From the IMG/VR virus record IMGVR_UViG_2061766007_000136: a stretch of DNA of 40,316 nucleotides. One strand, written 5' to 3'. The DNA is from an uncultured virus (IMG/VR IMGVR_UViG_2061766007_000136). Lineage: Duplodnaviria; Heunggongvirae; Uroviricota; Caudoviricetes. Positions within the stretch are counted from its first letter, which is position 1, and each line of letters opens with the position of its first letter. Positions 13,414-23,271 of the stretch are shown here, one piece after another. The position numbers and the translations under genes were made by a program. The notes beneath the pieces were generated by a model. That model worked only from the letters and a program-made list of their open reading frames with translations. It ran no database searches and was not told the DNA's origin.

Positions 13414-14217
13414 TTATCCTTCGTGCATGTTGAACGTAAGCGTCGCGTCGTACAAATCCTGCCATGTGAAATTCGCGGGAACTTTCTTGTAGAAGACAAG
13501 CCATTTCACGAAGATTTCGCACAACCTCTGGTAGCTGTACGAATCCGTCGTCCACCCGTTCACTCCAATGTGGTCATGGACACCGTGTATCTCGCAATAT
13601 TCGTTTTCATCGAAATGGATGACGAAACGCGCCTTGTCGCTCATCATGACATCAAGATTCGTGCATATCCCAAGCGAATCCCACTTCTGCAACATGGCTT
13701 TAATGTACTTTTTCGGAAATTTTGCCTTGCAACGCTTTTTGTTACGATAGACCCTGAAATCAAAATACTCCTCTTTGATGTCGTCCCTGTCATTCACCCT
13801 GCAATCCACACAGACGTAATCGTATTTGTCCCGAAGCTCGCATTCAACCCTGTCCTCGATGCTTTCGCAGTAATTCTCCCATTCCTCCGTGGGGAATTCA
13901 TTCACGCCTTTCACGACAACGCCATCGACCTTTGTGCAAAGATTCGCGTTCCATGACTCAAGAAGGTCTCCAAGCTCCTTCTTCGCTGCATTCCTCTCGG
14001 TCTTCAAGTCAAAGACGCAGAACGGGAACATCCAGTCATCGACATTGTAATCCTTGACGAACTTGCGGTGGCTCTCCATTGTTTTTTCATAATTGTTGTA
14101 AAGCCCTTTGAGCATCTCGTTCCAGTCCGCTGACGTAAGGTTCGCCAAGGCTGGAATGTCTTCGAGTATGAACGAACTCGAAGAACTATTGCTTACATAG
14201 TTGTTTCGTATTTTCAT
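13414..14217 (-). CDS. phage protein with N-terminal MKxRxxxVSNSSSSSF motif
   Basis: MKIRNNYVSNSSSSSFI; the same motif occurs at 16769-17137. Confidence 0.8.
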   Translation of the reverse strand: MKIRNNYVSNSSSSSFILEDIPALANLTSADWNEMLKGLYNNYEKTMESHRKFVKDYNVDDWMFPFCVFDLKTERNAAKKELGDLLESWNANLCTKVDGVVVKGVNEFPTEEWENYCESIEDRVECELRDKYDYVCVDCRVNDRDDIKEEYFDFRVYRNKKRCKAKFPKKYIKAMLQKWDSLGICTNLDVMMSDKARFVIHFDENEYCEIHGVHDHIGVNGWTTDSYSYQRLCEIFVKWLVFYKKVPANFTWQDLYDATLTFNMHEG

Positions 14218-14855
14218 TATGATACATATAGATTGTTGACTTTCTTTATAAACATGACGCATCTGTTCCTCGGAATCGGACTAACCATATCTTTCATATG
14301 GAGGCACATGTCTTCCTTGCTGGTGCTTATGCAACCGCACTTGCAACATCTCCTGTGGCTAAACTCAAAATCAGCTCTCAACCAGAGAAGCTCCCTGCCA
14401 TTAAAGTAGCGTCTCCATATATTCGCATCCATCCATTCCAACCCGCATGCGTACCAGATTTTCATTCCGTCCATCATCTCGCCAGTTGCCCACGACTGGG
14501 AAACTTCGATGTTCTTTGCTTGTTTCTTTGCCTGTTTCACGGTATTCACGAACCTGAACACGGAGTCCTTCGTGAAGACGTATTTCCCGCTGTTCCTGCA
14601 AAGTCCAACAAAACGCTTATCCACAATGGTATATCCGTCATCCTTAAGAGGAGTGGAGTTAATGATTTCAAAGTACATAAGCGCATCGCCATTCGTAAGA
14701 TGCTTGAAACCCTGCATATCGCCCTCTGGGGTGCATACGACGTACTCCGTCGGGTCTTCAAGCCTGACGAAATTGAAATGGAGGTCCTCATTCTCCAACC
14801 GCAGTCTCTTCATCAGGGCATGCAATCTTTTCTTCGCCTTCGCAATCAACACCAT
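14217..14855 (-). CDS. hypothetical protein, paralogue family B
   Basis: CTPE.DM..F.H...G....Y.EI.NS.P..DDGY shared with the next ORF. Confidence 0.78.
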   Translation of the reverse strand: MVLIAKAKKRLHALMKRLRLENEDLHFNFVRLEDPTEYVVCTPEGDMQGFKHLTNGDALMYFEIINSTPLKDDGYTIVDKRFVGLCRNSGKYVFTKDSVFRFVNTVKQAKKQAKNIEVSQSWATGEMMDGMKIWYACGLEWMDANIWRRYFNGRELLWLRADFEFSHRRCCKCGCISTSKEDMCLHMKDMVSPIPRNRCVMFIKKVNNLYVS

Positions 14856-14867
14856 CGGTTCATGTCC

Positions 14868-15665
14868 TCAATATATGGAATCATCCTTTGTTTTGATTAT
14901 GTGCGGGACAAAATCATATTCGTCACTTTTTTTAGTGAAATGCAAAAACGAGAAATACTCAAACCCGTCCATTAGGTAGAAAGAGTGCCATGATGCCTCG
15001 TCCCAGTTCACTTCGTTATTAAGCCATTTCTTGAATGTCTCGCATTCATGTGGCTCGCCACAGGCACAGCATATTCTCTGGGTCATGTCCTGCACGATTC
15101 CATCCATGCACGAAACGCAAGCAAGGTCGCTGTTGCCATAGCATTCGCTGTAGAACGACTCCTCCACCCACGCAAGACCACAGAGGTCGTACACGGGAAC
15201 GCCTTCGGCTTCGTCCTTCCACAGCCACGACTTGACGAATTCCCCGCGCTTGAATTCGCCCCAATCGTTTTTGAAGCTGTGGCTGTGCCGTCCACGCCAA
15301 TACGAGCATATCCTCGCCCCGACGAGTTTCCGCCTCATCCTTTTCAGTATTTTCTCGGAAAACACGTTGCAACCGACGCTCCGATGATTGCAACATTCGT
15401 ACTTCTTCTTCGGGAAACCGAACGAATACCCGTCGTCAGCAATCGGGATGGAATTCGCAATCTCCGCATACACGAGGACATGCCCCGCAACAATATGTCT
15501 GAAGCTCTCCATGTCCTTTTCAGGAGTGCATTCGATGTACCTGTTCGGGTCTGGATTGGAGAGAAGAAGTGCGTTACTGCACTTCTTCTCCTCTGGAGCC
15601 TCATTCTTCTTCTGTTCAAGAAGATTGTGGAACAGTTCCTTTGTTTTTGTCAGAATGCGTTGCAT
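14868..15665 (-). CDS. hypothetical protein, paralogue family B
   Basis: Same motif as 14217-14855; C-terminal CCxCG. Confidence 0.78.
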   Translation of the reverse strand: MQRILTKTKELFHNLLEQKKNEAPEEKKCSNALLLSNPDPNRYIECTPEKDMESFRHIVAGHVLVYAEIANSIPIADDGYSFGFPKKKYECCNHRSVGCNVFSEKILKRMRRKLVGARICSYWRGRHSHSFKNDWGEFKRGEFVKSWLWKDEAEGVPVYDLCGLAWVEESFYSECYGNSDLACVSCMDGIVQDMTQRICCACGEPHECETFKKWLNNEVNWDEASWHSFYLMDGFEYFSFLHFTKKSDEYDFVPHIIKTKDDSIY

Positions 15666-15671
15666 TGCTTT

Positions 15672-16751
15672 TTACTGCGGGTCTGGGATGTACATGTCCC
15701 TGTCTTCCTTGACATCTAGGACTCGGATGCTGTGGGATGCGATATGCTCGTATTTCTTGTCGCAATGGATATACGCGATGTTCAGCTTCGGGGCATCACG
15801 GCGTTTAGACATATCGTCCAAGAACTGAACGAGGTTGTCCTCGTCGTCCATGTCGTACCCGTTGCGGAGACCACGCACCAACACAGGCTCTACGTATTTG
15901 GAACGCTTGGAGTTGACGAATTCGACCAGTTGCTCTGGGAACTCGATGACCTCGTGATGACGCATGATGTCCTTCACGTTGTCGAATTCGGGATTACCGA
16001 GCAAGTCCTTCTTCGCACGGTTGTATCCTTTGGCGATAATCACCTTGTCGAACATCTTCTCCGCCTTGCGGACGATGTTCAAATGCCCGTTATGGAACGG
16101 ATAGAAACTACCCGCGTAGATGCCGACAGTGCGCTTGCGCTGGACAAGCGGACGCAGGTAGTTGGCGACTTCCTGAGTCATCAGCCCCTTCCTAACCGAA
16201 TTATCGATAAAGATGAGACGATGCTTGACGTATTCTTCGACAGGAACTTTCTGGAACTCCTTGAAAATATTGTTTTCATAAGTATCCAGCCATTCGGCGT
16301 ATTCAGGGGTGATGTCATGGGTGGAACCCATGTAGTTCCAGTCGAGGTCGCGGAGGATAAGCTCATTCTTGGTCTTCGCATTCTCAGGATGCTTCGTGGA
16401 CATAATGAGACTTGCGACTTCCTCGATTTCCTTGTCCGTGTACTGGCAGGTATCCGTACCGCCGTAGTGACTGGTGCAATGTTCCTTGACGTATTCTCGC
16501 CACAGCTCGACGGACTTCTCCTCGTTGTCGCTCGCAAACGGTTCGTAAACAATGTCATGGAAGACAATTGCCCTGTTCAGAACGTTCCACATCGCCATAT
16601 GCTCGTCTTTCGTGATGTTGCCTTTCTTCTCCTCGTCTCGGAGTATTCCCTGCATCTTGTCCCACATCATGTTGACATGGGCATCCGTATGATGGTAACG
16701 CCACGGTTCGGAGTAGCATTCGTCGCTCAAATATCTCCAGTCTCTGCTCAT
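15672..16751 (-). CDS. coaD: HD-domain phosphohydrolase fused to pantetheine-phosphate adenylyltransferase (CoaD-like)
   Basis: N-terminal Y.EP.RYHH...H..FHD.VY...NEEKS; C-terminal GIYAGSFYPFHNGH...VRGLR...D. Confidence 0.8.
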   Translation of the reverse strand: MSRDWRYLSDECYSEPWRYHHTDAHVNMMWDKMQGILRDEEKKGNITKDEHMAMWNVLNRAIVFHDIVYEPFASDNEEKSVELWREYVKEHCTSHYGGTDTCQYTDKEIEEVASLIMSTKHPENAKTKNELILRDLDWNYMGSTHDITPEYAEWLDTYENNIFKEFQKVPVEEYVKHRLIFIDNSVRKGLMTQEVANYLRPLVQRKRTVGIYAGSFYPFHNGHLNIVRKAEKMFDKVIIAKGYNRAKKDLLGNPEFDNVKDIMRHHEVIEFPEQLVEFVNSKRSKYVEPVLVRGLRNGYDMDDEDNLVQFLDDMSKRRDAPKLNIAYIHCDKKYEHIASHSIRVLDVKEDRDMYIPDPQ

Positions 16752-16768
16752 TTCAAAAAACTCCTTTA

Positions 16769-17137
16769 TTATTCAGTGTATCTGTAGACTACCCCTCCGA
16801 GGTAGTCCAGCCATTTGCCCAAGTTGAAGTTGTCCATGTACGTCATAGCGTCCATGCAACCGTCCTTGGCTTCCGAAAAGTACCAGTTGTCAATCCACCC
16901 GAAATCCAGCTTTTCAGCCAGCTCGCGTGTCTCGTCGTCCTTAATCGCGTTGAAGTCAATATGCGTCATGTCATGCTCCGCTGATTCGATTGGAATAGAA
17001 TTGGCAATCCAAGTCGCCTTCACGCATTCCTTGTAGTCCATAATCATCCTTTTCTTCCTTTCGGACAAGGAAGACCAGTTAATGATGACGAATGAACTCG
17101 AACTCGAATTGCTCACAAAGCTGTACCTTGTTTTCAT
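16769..17137 (-). CDS. phage protein with SNSSSSSF motif
   Basis: MKTRYSFVSNSSSSSFVII. Confidence 0.8.
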   Translation of the reverse strand: MKTRYSFVSNSSSSSFVIINWSSLSERKKRMIMDYKECVKATWIANSIPIESAEHDMTHIDFNAIKDDETRELAEKLDFGWIDNWYFSEAKDGCMDAMTYMDNFNLGKWLDYLGGVVYRYTE

Positions 17138-17157
17138 GCTGACTCCTTTTTACCATT

Positions 17158-17185
17158 AATATACATCATTTTTCCAATTTTGCAA
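17158..17185 (-). promoter_or_regulatory. sigma70-like promoter
   Basis: TTGCAA-N16-TATATT. Confidence 0.7.
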
Positions 17186-17194
17186 ATAAATCTG

Positions 17195-17673
17195 TCATTT
17201 TTTCTCAAGACGATATGCCGTGACGTGAAATTTCTCCCCGTACCGATTCACCTGACGCTTGATAATGTCGGTGATAACCTTCGGGTCTCCTCCAGCCAAC
17301 CCGCATCCTATTAAATAAGGTATGGCGATTTCGCAATGCTCTGGATACTTCTTGTCGAGTTGCCACAACGCCTGTCCAAAAGCCCTCTCGAATTCACGGT
17401 AGCCAGTCATCCGCATCTTATAGCCATAGTTTACTTGTCCATATATGTTATAGACATACTTCACACCCATCGGGTTCTCGCGCTTGATTTCCGCATGGCT
17501 CGTGCTCCCGAACTTCCACTTGTCGGGCATAGTGGCTTTATCGGCTTCGTAAGCCTCTGGGAACACTTNNNNNNNNNNNNNNNCGCGCCCCACACGCACA
17601 TGCAGTTGCATTGATGCATCACAACGTCGGCTTTCGCCTCGAATAAATCACCGTCAACTATGTCCATATTCAA
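17195..17673 (-). CDS. macrodomain protein (TARG1/DarG-like ADP-ribose hydrolase), interrupted by N-gap
   Basis: GDLF...HQCNC...WGA and IAIPYLIGCGLAGG motifs. Confidence 0.88.
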
Positions 17674-17679
17674 TCCTCC

Positions 17680-18347
17680 TTACGCACGTTTGAGCTTTTC
17701 ACAGCAGTCGAACGCATCTTCCAGCATCTCGTCCGACGGATAGTCCTTCACATACTTCTTCACTTCATTCACCACCTTTTCCTTTACAAGCGGGTTGCAC
17801 ATGCGACAATCATACACATACCATACGTCAGAAAGGCACTTCGCCCATTCGTCAAGCCCGTATTTCTCTTCGCCCCATCTCAGTATCCCTCGAATGCAAC
17901 CGAGCGTCATCACCCATTCTTCTGGAAGATGCTTCTTCTCCACGCCTTTGTAGTTCTCGTAAAGGTCGTCCTGCAATCCCTGAGAATACATNNNNNNNNN
18001 NTCGCCCATTCGTCAAGCCCGTACTTCTCTTCGCCCCATCTCAATATCCCGCGAATGCAACCAAGCGTCATCACCCATTCTTCTGGAAGACGCTTCTTCT
18101 TCTCAACGCCTTTGTAGTTCTCGTAAAGGTCGTCCTGCAATCCCTGAGAATACATGCCGACCTTGTATCTGCTCCATGAATACTCGCCTATGCTCACTCC
18201 ACGGCACTGGGCAATCATCATCGCTTCTTGCATCAACCGCCTGTCTTTCAATTCATTGTAATCAAACTCCCTATCAAACAACAGTTCAAACACATAAGGC
18301 AGATACTCGCGTTCGCTTCTTACAAAATCATCGTCACGCCATCCCAT
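17680..18347 (-). CDS. hypothetical protein, possibly YwgA/DarG-C-terminal-like; 3' part duplicated across N-gap
   Basis: RRLMQEAMMIAQ..G....YSW..Y..G.YS..L..DL pattern. Confidence 0.55.
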
Positions 18348-18756
18348 CTTTCTTCTCCTTTCTGTTCCAGTCATGCATCTTCCTTTCTGCATAATATTCA
18401 CATTGCCTCCTGAGCATGGAGTCAAAGCCCACCTCCCCTTTCTCAATCCAATGCCCAGAAAGATACCTGAACAAGTCTCCACTCGTCCTTGCATTCCTGT
18501 TTTCGCGGTACTTTTTGAAAAGCCCGATGACATCGTTGTATTCTTGAGTGCATACAACGATGTCCGTCTCGAACGTACAACACGACGTGTCAACGTCCCC
18601 ATCATCCTTGTCGACGAGGCCTCCCACATGCACAAGAACTCTGTCGGAAATGACATGAAGAATTCCGTACAAGTTCGGCTTCTTGTGTTTCGGGCATCCA
18701 TCGAGGCAGTACGCCAAGTCCATGCCACATTTGCATTGACCAAATTCATTGTCCAT
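18334..18756 (-). CDS. Cys-rich array member (divergent)
   Basis: C-terminal CEYYAERKMHDWN. Confidence 0.7.
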   Translation of the reverse strand: MDNEFGQCKCGMDLAYCLDGCPKHKKPNLYGILHVISDRVLVHVGGLVDKDDGDVDTSCCTFETDIVVCTQEYNDVIGLFKKYRENRNARTSGDLFRYLSGHWIEKGEVGFDSMLRRQCEYYAERKMHDWNRKEKKDGMA

Positions 18757-18771
18757 CCAGTTCCTCCTTTC

Positions 18772-19041
18772 TCATCTGCCTTTACCGTCGTTCCATTCGC
18801 GCAATTTGTACTCCGCCATCATCTCGCACCGCTTCGGAACATCGTCCTCCTCGAACTTGCATTTCGGTCGAATCGGAGGAATACCCTTGAATTCAGTGCA
18901 ATACAAATGCTTGTTGCAACAATAGTACGTGTCCTCCGTGGTGTTTATTCCGCCCATCCAAGCTATTTTATCGCCAGGCTTCATGACGCACAAGAACAAG
19001 CAGTTGTATCCTTGACAAACCTCAAGACTTATCTTCATCAT
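18772..19041 (-). CDS. Cys-rich array member
   Basis: VPKRCEMMAEYKLREWN. Confidence 0.8.
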   Translation of the reverse strand: MMKISLEVCQGYNCLFLCVMKPGDKIAWMGGINTTEDTYYCCNKHLYCTEFKGIPPIRPKCKFEEDDVPKRCEMMAEYKLREWNDGKGR

Positions 19042-19489
19042 TCTTATCCTTGCTCATTGCACTAACATATTGCTCAGCATAAAACGCACACTTCTTCGTC
19101 ACGTGAACGCGCTCGAACCAGTCTTTCTTATAACCTCCGCCACCATCAGCAAGACATGAATACTCATCGTACTCCTCGCAGAAAAAAGGTTGGTTTTCTG
19201 GCAACTTCATTTCCTCCTCTGTAGCATTAAAAGGATAAGGGACACCACCTTTACGAAATACAGGCGTAATACCCGCCAATCCTTCTCGTAATGGCTCATA
19301 ATGCCTTTTGCATCCATATTTGACATGCTTGACCTGAAATTCTGGGCATTTCTGGCAGATATTCATATCCCTTGTGAATTTCACATGGCGGTCATACGCG
19401 CCGTCAATATTTGTTTCAAGACGGTCAAAAGAGACACTAGCTGGCTCCGTGTCATTCCTTGTGACCTTCATCTTCTTCTTTTTCTTCAT
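19022..19489 (-). CDS. Cys-rich array member
   Basis: ICQKC...CAFYAEQ. Confidence 0.75.
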   Translation of the reverse strand: MKKKKKMKVTRNDTEPASVSFDRLETNIDGAYDRHVKFTRDMNICQKCPEFQVKHVKYGCKRHYEPLREGLAGITPVFRKGGVPYPFNATEEEMKLPENQPFFCEEYDEYSCLADGGGGYKKDWFERVHVTKKCAFYAEQYVSAMSKDKNDEDKS

Positions 19490-20096
19490 CTTTATTTTCC
19501 TTGTATATGTCACGCATCACATATTCAGCAATCATGGCGCAAGTACGAGGAATGTGGAAATACTCGAATCTTTTTCTGTCTTCACTGCAATGATTGTCCC
19601 TTGTGCAACAGAAGAACCATTTGTTTCCATAATACGGATGGTCACTGCTGTAATGCTTCGCCACTTCCTTGCTGTTCGACGGGGTTCCTTCCGCAAAGCA
19701 AGGACATGTCTTGCAAATATCTAGATTCTTATGCAACTTCTGCTTGTAGTCTGGCTGATAGCCATAATCCCAAGGATAGAAAAGCTGTCCATGCGAACTC
19801 TTATTTACTTTTTCATCATTTCTTTTTACTTCCTTGACGGATTCCCTAAACGGCTTTTCATATTCTTTAATATGCGTACACATATATTTAAAAGGATACG
19901 TCCTGTCTGGAACCACACGGCGTTCCCAGTCGGAGGCATCTCTCATTTCCTCCTTAATCCATAAATGCGACTGCAACCACTGCTTATGACCGCGAGACAC
20001 ATGACCATAATCGAAATTGAAAATCTCGCAACAAGCATTATTGCCATCGCATTTCATGTGTTTGCATTTTCTGCATATTTCAAGCTTTCTTTTCAT
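19452..20096 (-). CDS. Cys-rich array member with two domains
   Basis: Two IC..C modules. Confidence 0.78.
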   Translation of the reverse strand: MKRKLEICRKCKHMKCDGNNACCEIFNFDYGHVSRGHKQWLQSHLWIKEEMRDASDWERRVVPDRTYPFKYMCTHIKEYEKPFRESVKEVKRNDEKVNKSSHGQLFYPWDYGYQPDYKQKLHKNLDICKTCPCFAEGTPSNSKEVAKHYSSDHPYYGNKWFFCCTRDNHCSEDRKRFEYFHIPRTCAMIAEYVMRDIYKENKDEEKEEDEGHKE

Positions 20097-20367
20097 GCTT
20101 GTTCCATTCTTTGATACAATACTCTGGATACAACTCGCATTTGTCAACAATACCGAAGCTTTCAAATTCTTCCTTGGTGTAAAGGAACCACGGAGTGTAG
20201 GATGCCATTCTAATGTCGGGAAAACGCACAGCATCTGAAGGCTCCAACCAGTCTTCTTGCTTTTTACAAGCGTATTCAACCAAAGCCTCAGAAGTTTTAA
20301 AATTCCAATTGTGCTTAGACGTTGCAAACATCTTGCAACGCTTGCATATTTCAAGCTTTCTTTTCAT
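20080..20367 (-). CDS. Cys-rich array member
   Basis: MKRKLEICKRC...EYCIKEWN. Confidence 0.82.
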   Translation of the reverse strand: MKRKLEICKRCKMFATSKHNWNFKTSEALVEYACKKQEDWLEPSDAVRFPDIRMASYTPWFLYTKEEFESFGIVDKCELYPEYCIKEWNKHEKKA

Positions 20368-20647
20368 CTTTGTTCCATTCTTTGATACAATACTCTGGAT
20401 ACATCAAACAGTCATTACTAACTTTGAGACTTTCAAAAGTTTTTTCATCATATGGTATTGTTTTACGAGTTATCGTAAGTGTTATATTTCCGAATGGTTT
20501 AAATAAACCATTCCATTGGTTATTCAGTCCTTCTTCCCCAATCGTGTAAATCCATTTTTCATCATAGAAAAAAGAACATCCGACTTTACCATTTTCAAAA
20601 TGCTCAAAATTTTTACACGTTTTACAAATATCCAACTTCAACTTCAT
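20351..20647 (-). CDS. Cys-rich array member
   Basis: Family motif. Confidence 0.82.
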   Translation of the reverse strand: MKLKLDICKTCKNFEHFENGKVGCSFFYDEKWIYTIGEEGLNNQWNGLFKPFGNITLTITRKTIPYDEKTFESLKVSNDCLMYPEYCIKEWNKDEKKA

Positions 20648-20883
20648 TTATTCCATTCCTTCAACTGATATTCCATGAAATACTCGCAATTTTCTGGAAT
20701 CATGAAATTATCCCAATAATTGTAGTTTATCCATTCGAAATCGCATTCACACCATATAAACACAGCGTCATCATTTGATGAAGCAGTAGTGTAATTGCCG
20801 TTAAACTGATTGCACACGTAAGCCATTCTGTATTTCTTGCAGTTCCTGCATATCTTCAGTCGTCTCTTCGGTCTTTTTCCCAT
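20644..20883 (-). CDS. Cys-rich array member
   Basis: Family motif. Confidence 0.8.
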   Translation of the reverse strand: MGKRPKRRLKICRNCKKYRMAYVCNQFNGNYTTASSNDDAVFIWCECDFEWINYNYWDNFMIPENCEYFMEYQLKEWNK

Positions 20884-21109
20884 TGTTCCAATCATCCATG
20901 CAATGCTCCATGTAATACAAGCAACCTTCTGGAACATCCATTTCATTCCAATGGTCGCTTGTCTTCAACTGCTCGATGTCATTTTCTTTCTTGCTAGCTA
21001 CTCCGCAAATGTATGCAAGCTCGTTATGACCGAACTTCCTTATGAATGATGCACAAAAGCAACTTTCACAGTTCTTGCACATGTCCCATATCCGTTTCAT
21101 TTGTTCCAT
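20801..21109 (-). CDS. Cys-rich array member
   Basis: Family motif. Confidence 0.78.
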   Translation of the reverse strand: MEQMKRIWDMCKNCESCFCASFIRKFGHNELAYICGVASKKENDIEQLKTSDHWNEMDVPEGCLYYMEHCMDDWNNGKKTEETTEDMQELQEIQNGLRVQSV

Positions 21110-21372
21110 CTCCTCAATTGTTGTTCCATAAGATAAGGGCAATCATCTGGTACCATTTGATTCCCCCAATAATTCTTGGCACTAATAACGGTTCCTCCAT
21201 CACGATAGCAAGTCCTGAACGTAGGCTTCCACTCATGAAACGGAGGAATGAATTTCCTGTCTGAAGAATTAACTACATATCCTTCGGAGTCAACTTTGTA
21301 AATCTTGCTGTATTCATTGTATTCTTCGCAATTTTTGCATATTTCAATGCATCTTCTTATTTTATTCTTCAT
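21097..21372 (-). CDS. Cys-rich array member
   Basis: Family motif. Confidence 0.8.
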   Translation of the reverse strand: MKNKIRRCIEICKNCEEYNEYSKIYKVDSEGYVVNSSDRKFIPPFHEWKPTFRTCYRDGGTVISAKNYWGNQMVPDDCPYLMEQQLRRWNK

Positions 21373-21931
21373 TATTCCATTCATTCAAAAGATACTCCGC
21401 TTTCATGAGACAATTCTTTGAAATCGTCTGCTTCTCAAATTCTTCCTTCGTCGTAATATGGCATCCATCAACCGTATTGCAGGAATAGACTCTTTCACCA
21501 CCACTCCTGCTCTTGAAGAAATTATCGCAATGTTTACATACGTCAAATTTCATCGTGATTTTCCCTTCCCACGGAGGCGATTCGCGGAGGCGGTCAGCAA
21601 GAGGGCATTTCTTCGGGGCATCCTGCATCTCGAACATAACCTTCGTCATCTCAAAGCACTTCACGCCGTCTTCTTCACAAGTGTAGTACATTCCGACATC
21701 TTCTTCTTGATTCGCCTGTGTCCTTCGTGTGACAACACCGCTTCTTTCACCAAAATATTCACAATCCTTGCAGATGTCGATATTCCTGTATACTTTTTTG
21801 GATACGTCAGTTGCACTTTTGTAGGTGCCGAGATAAAGTACCTTTCCATCATTTCCTTTCTTACTCGTATTGAGTTTTCCTATGGATTCGCCATTCGTGG
21901 CTTCCAGATTATCATTCCGCACTACTTTCAT
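21362..21931 (-). CDS. Cys-rich array member with two domains
   Basis: MKVVRND start; two modules. Confidence 0.82.
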   Translation of the reverse strand: MKVVRNDNLEATNGESIGKLNTSKKGNDGKVLYLGTYKSATDVSKKVYRNIDICKDCEYFGERSGVVTRRTQANQEEDVGMYYTCEEDGVKCFEMTKVMFEMQDAPKKCPLADRLRESPPWEGKITMKFDVCKHCDNFFKSRSGGERVYSCNTVDGCHITTKEEFEKQTISKNCLMKAEYLLNEWNNEE

Positions 21932-21943
21932 TTTTGAATACCT

Positions 21944-22165
21944 TTACTCTTTTTCATTGTTCCATTCCTCCAAAAAATACTCTGCTTTCAACTCGCAATT
22001 TGAAGGAATGTGCAATGCCTCCCATTCATATCTTTCTATCGGAGTCGTAAAACGGTTTCCTTGTTCCGTACTATATAAATCGTTCCAGCAATAATACGTA
22101 TTGCTTTTCTTGAACCATTCGAATTTACAGCATTTTTCGCAAAAGCTAAATTTCCTTTTCATCAT
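21944..22165 (-). CDS. Cys-rich array member
   Basis: Family motif. Confidence 0.8.
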   Translation of the reverse strand: MMKRKFSFCEKCCKFEWFKKSNTYYCWNDLYSTEQGNRFTTPIERYEWEALHIPSNCELKAEYFLEEWNNEKE

Positions 22166-22406
22166 TGCAATTCATTAAAAAATACTCCGCATAGTAAATG
22201 CATTCTTTAGGCACGCTGAATTTTTCCCAGTCGGTCTTGTAATATGAAGGATGGTAAAGAGAATTCAAATCAGGGTAGTTTGTCAAGTTGAACTTTTCGC
22301 AATTACATACGCATTTTTCTTTTCTATTCAGAAAAAAAGTGGAAAATTTATCGCATGCCTTGCAAATCTTCATCTTCCTTGTTATCGGTTTTCTTATCTG
22401 ACTCAT
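22146..22406 (-). CDS. Cys-rich array member
   Basis: Family motif. Confidence 0.78.
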   Translation of the reverse strand: MSQIRKPITRKMKICKACDKFSTFFLNRKEKCVCNCEKFNLTNYPDLNSLYHPSYYKTDWEKFSVPKECIYYAEYFLMNCNDEKEI

Positions 22407-22611
22407 TGTTCCATTCCCCAAGCTCATGTTCCATATAGTAATTGCAATTATGCGGTACGGTTCTTTTCGACCATTCATCCTCTCCAAAAAGCGGAGTGAA
22501 CGTATATCCGTGTATGCACAGATATCCAGTACCGTACAACTCGCTGTCATATATCTTTAATCTGTCGCACATTTTGCAGATTTCAAGATTTCTCTTCGGT
22601 CTTTTCTTCAT
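22348..22611 (-). CDS. Cys-rich array member
   Basis: Family motif. Confidence 0.8.
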   Translation of the reverse strand: MKKRPKRNLEICKMCDRLKIYDSELYGTGYLCIHGYTFTPLFGEDEWSKRTVPHNCNYYMEHELGEWNNESDKKTDNKEDEDLQGMR

Positions 22612-22837
22612 TGTTCCATTCCTTTAGACAATATTCAGTTCGCATAATACACCGTTTTGAAAGGTCATACCGTTCCCATTCGTCAATCGTGATGCATTCA
22701 TACCGACCATAGTAATCTTCCTTTGTAACGCCGTCCCAACACATGTAATGGATGTCAGTCCTCAGACTGTTCCACGGAATGAGCTTTCTTTTCCTGAAGC
22801 AAGGGCATTTCCTGCAAATTTCAAGATTCCTTTTCAT
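22583..22837 (-). CDS. Cys-rich array member
   Basis: Family motif. Confidence 0.8.
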   Translation of the reverse strand: MKRNLEICRKCPCFRKRKLIPWNSLRTDIHYMCWDGVTKEDYYGRYECITIDEWERYDLSKRCIMRTEYCLKEWNNEEKTEEKS

Positions 22838-23039
22838 TCTGATTCCACTCAATAATCTGATGCTCCATGCGAAAAGGACATGATGGCGGAACATCCATCT
22901 TATGCCAGTTCCTGAAAACCATATGGTCGAAATATCTGTAGTTGCGATTGCAGAACCATTCGCCTTCGCTCGCCTGCGGATAGCAGAACCACTTGGTCTT
23001 GTACTTGCACTGGATGCATATATCCTTATTTCGCTTCAT
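22821..23039 (-). CDS. Cys-rich array member
   Basis: Family motif. Confidence 0.8.
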   Translation of the reverse strand: MKRNKDICIQCKYKTKWFCYPQASEGEWFCNRNYRYFDHMVFRNWHKMDVPPSCPFRMEHQIIEWNQNEKES

Positions 23040-23271
23040 CTCTATTCCATTCGCTTATATATTGCTCTGTCTTGTACGGACATTCGTCTGGCACTTTTCT
23101 GGTTTCAACTCTCATTTTGCTTGATATTATAAACAATCCACGCATCACGATATAATAACGGTTAATATCACAATATCCCGTATGTCTCATCCCTTTTGAA
23201 CCCATCTTTCCATACTTTTTGAAATGCTCGCACTTTTTGCAAATATTGATTCTTCTAAACATCTTCTTCAT
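23026..23271 (-). CDS. Cys-rich array member
   Basis: Family motif. Confidence 0.8.
   Translation of the reverse strand: MKKMFRRINICKKCEHFKKYGKMGSKGMRHTGYCDINRYYIVMRGLFIISSKMRVETRKVPDECPYKTEQYISEWNRDEAK

Noticed and set aside
17790..18155. Tandem duplication within a gene
   Set aside because: Near-identical copies directly flank an N-gap, typical of strain alleles joined by scaffolding.
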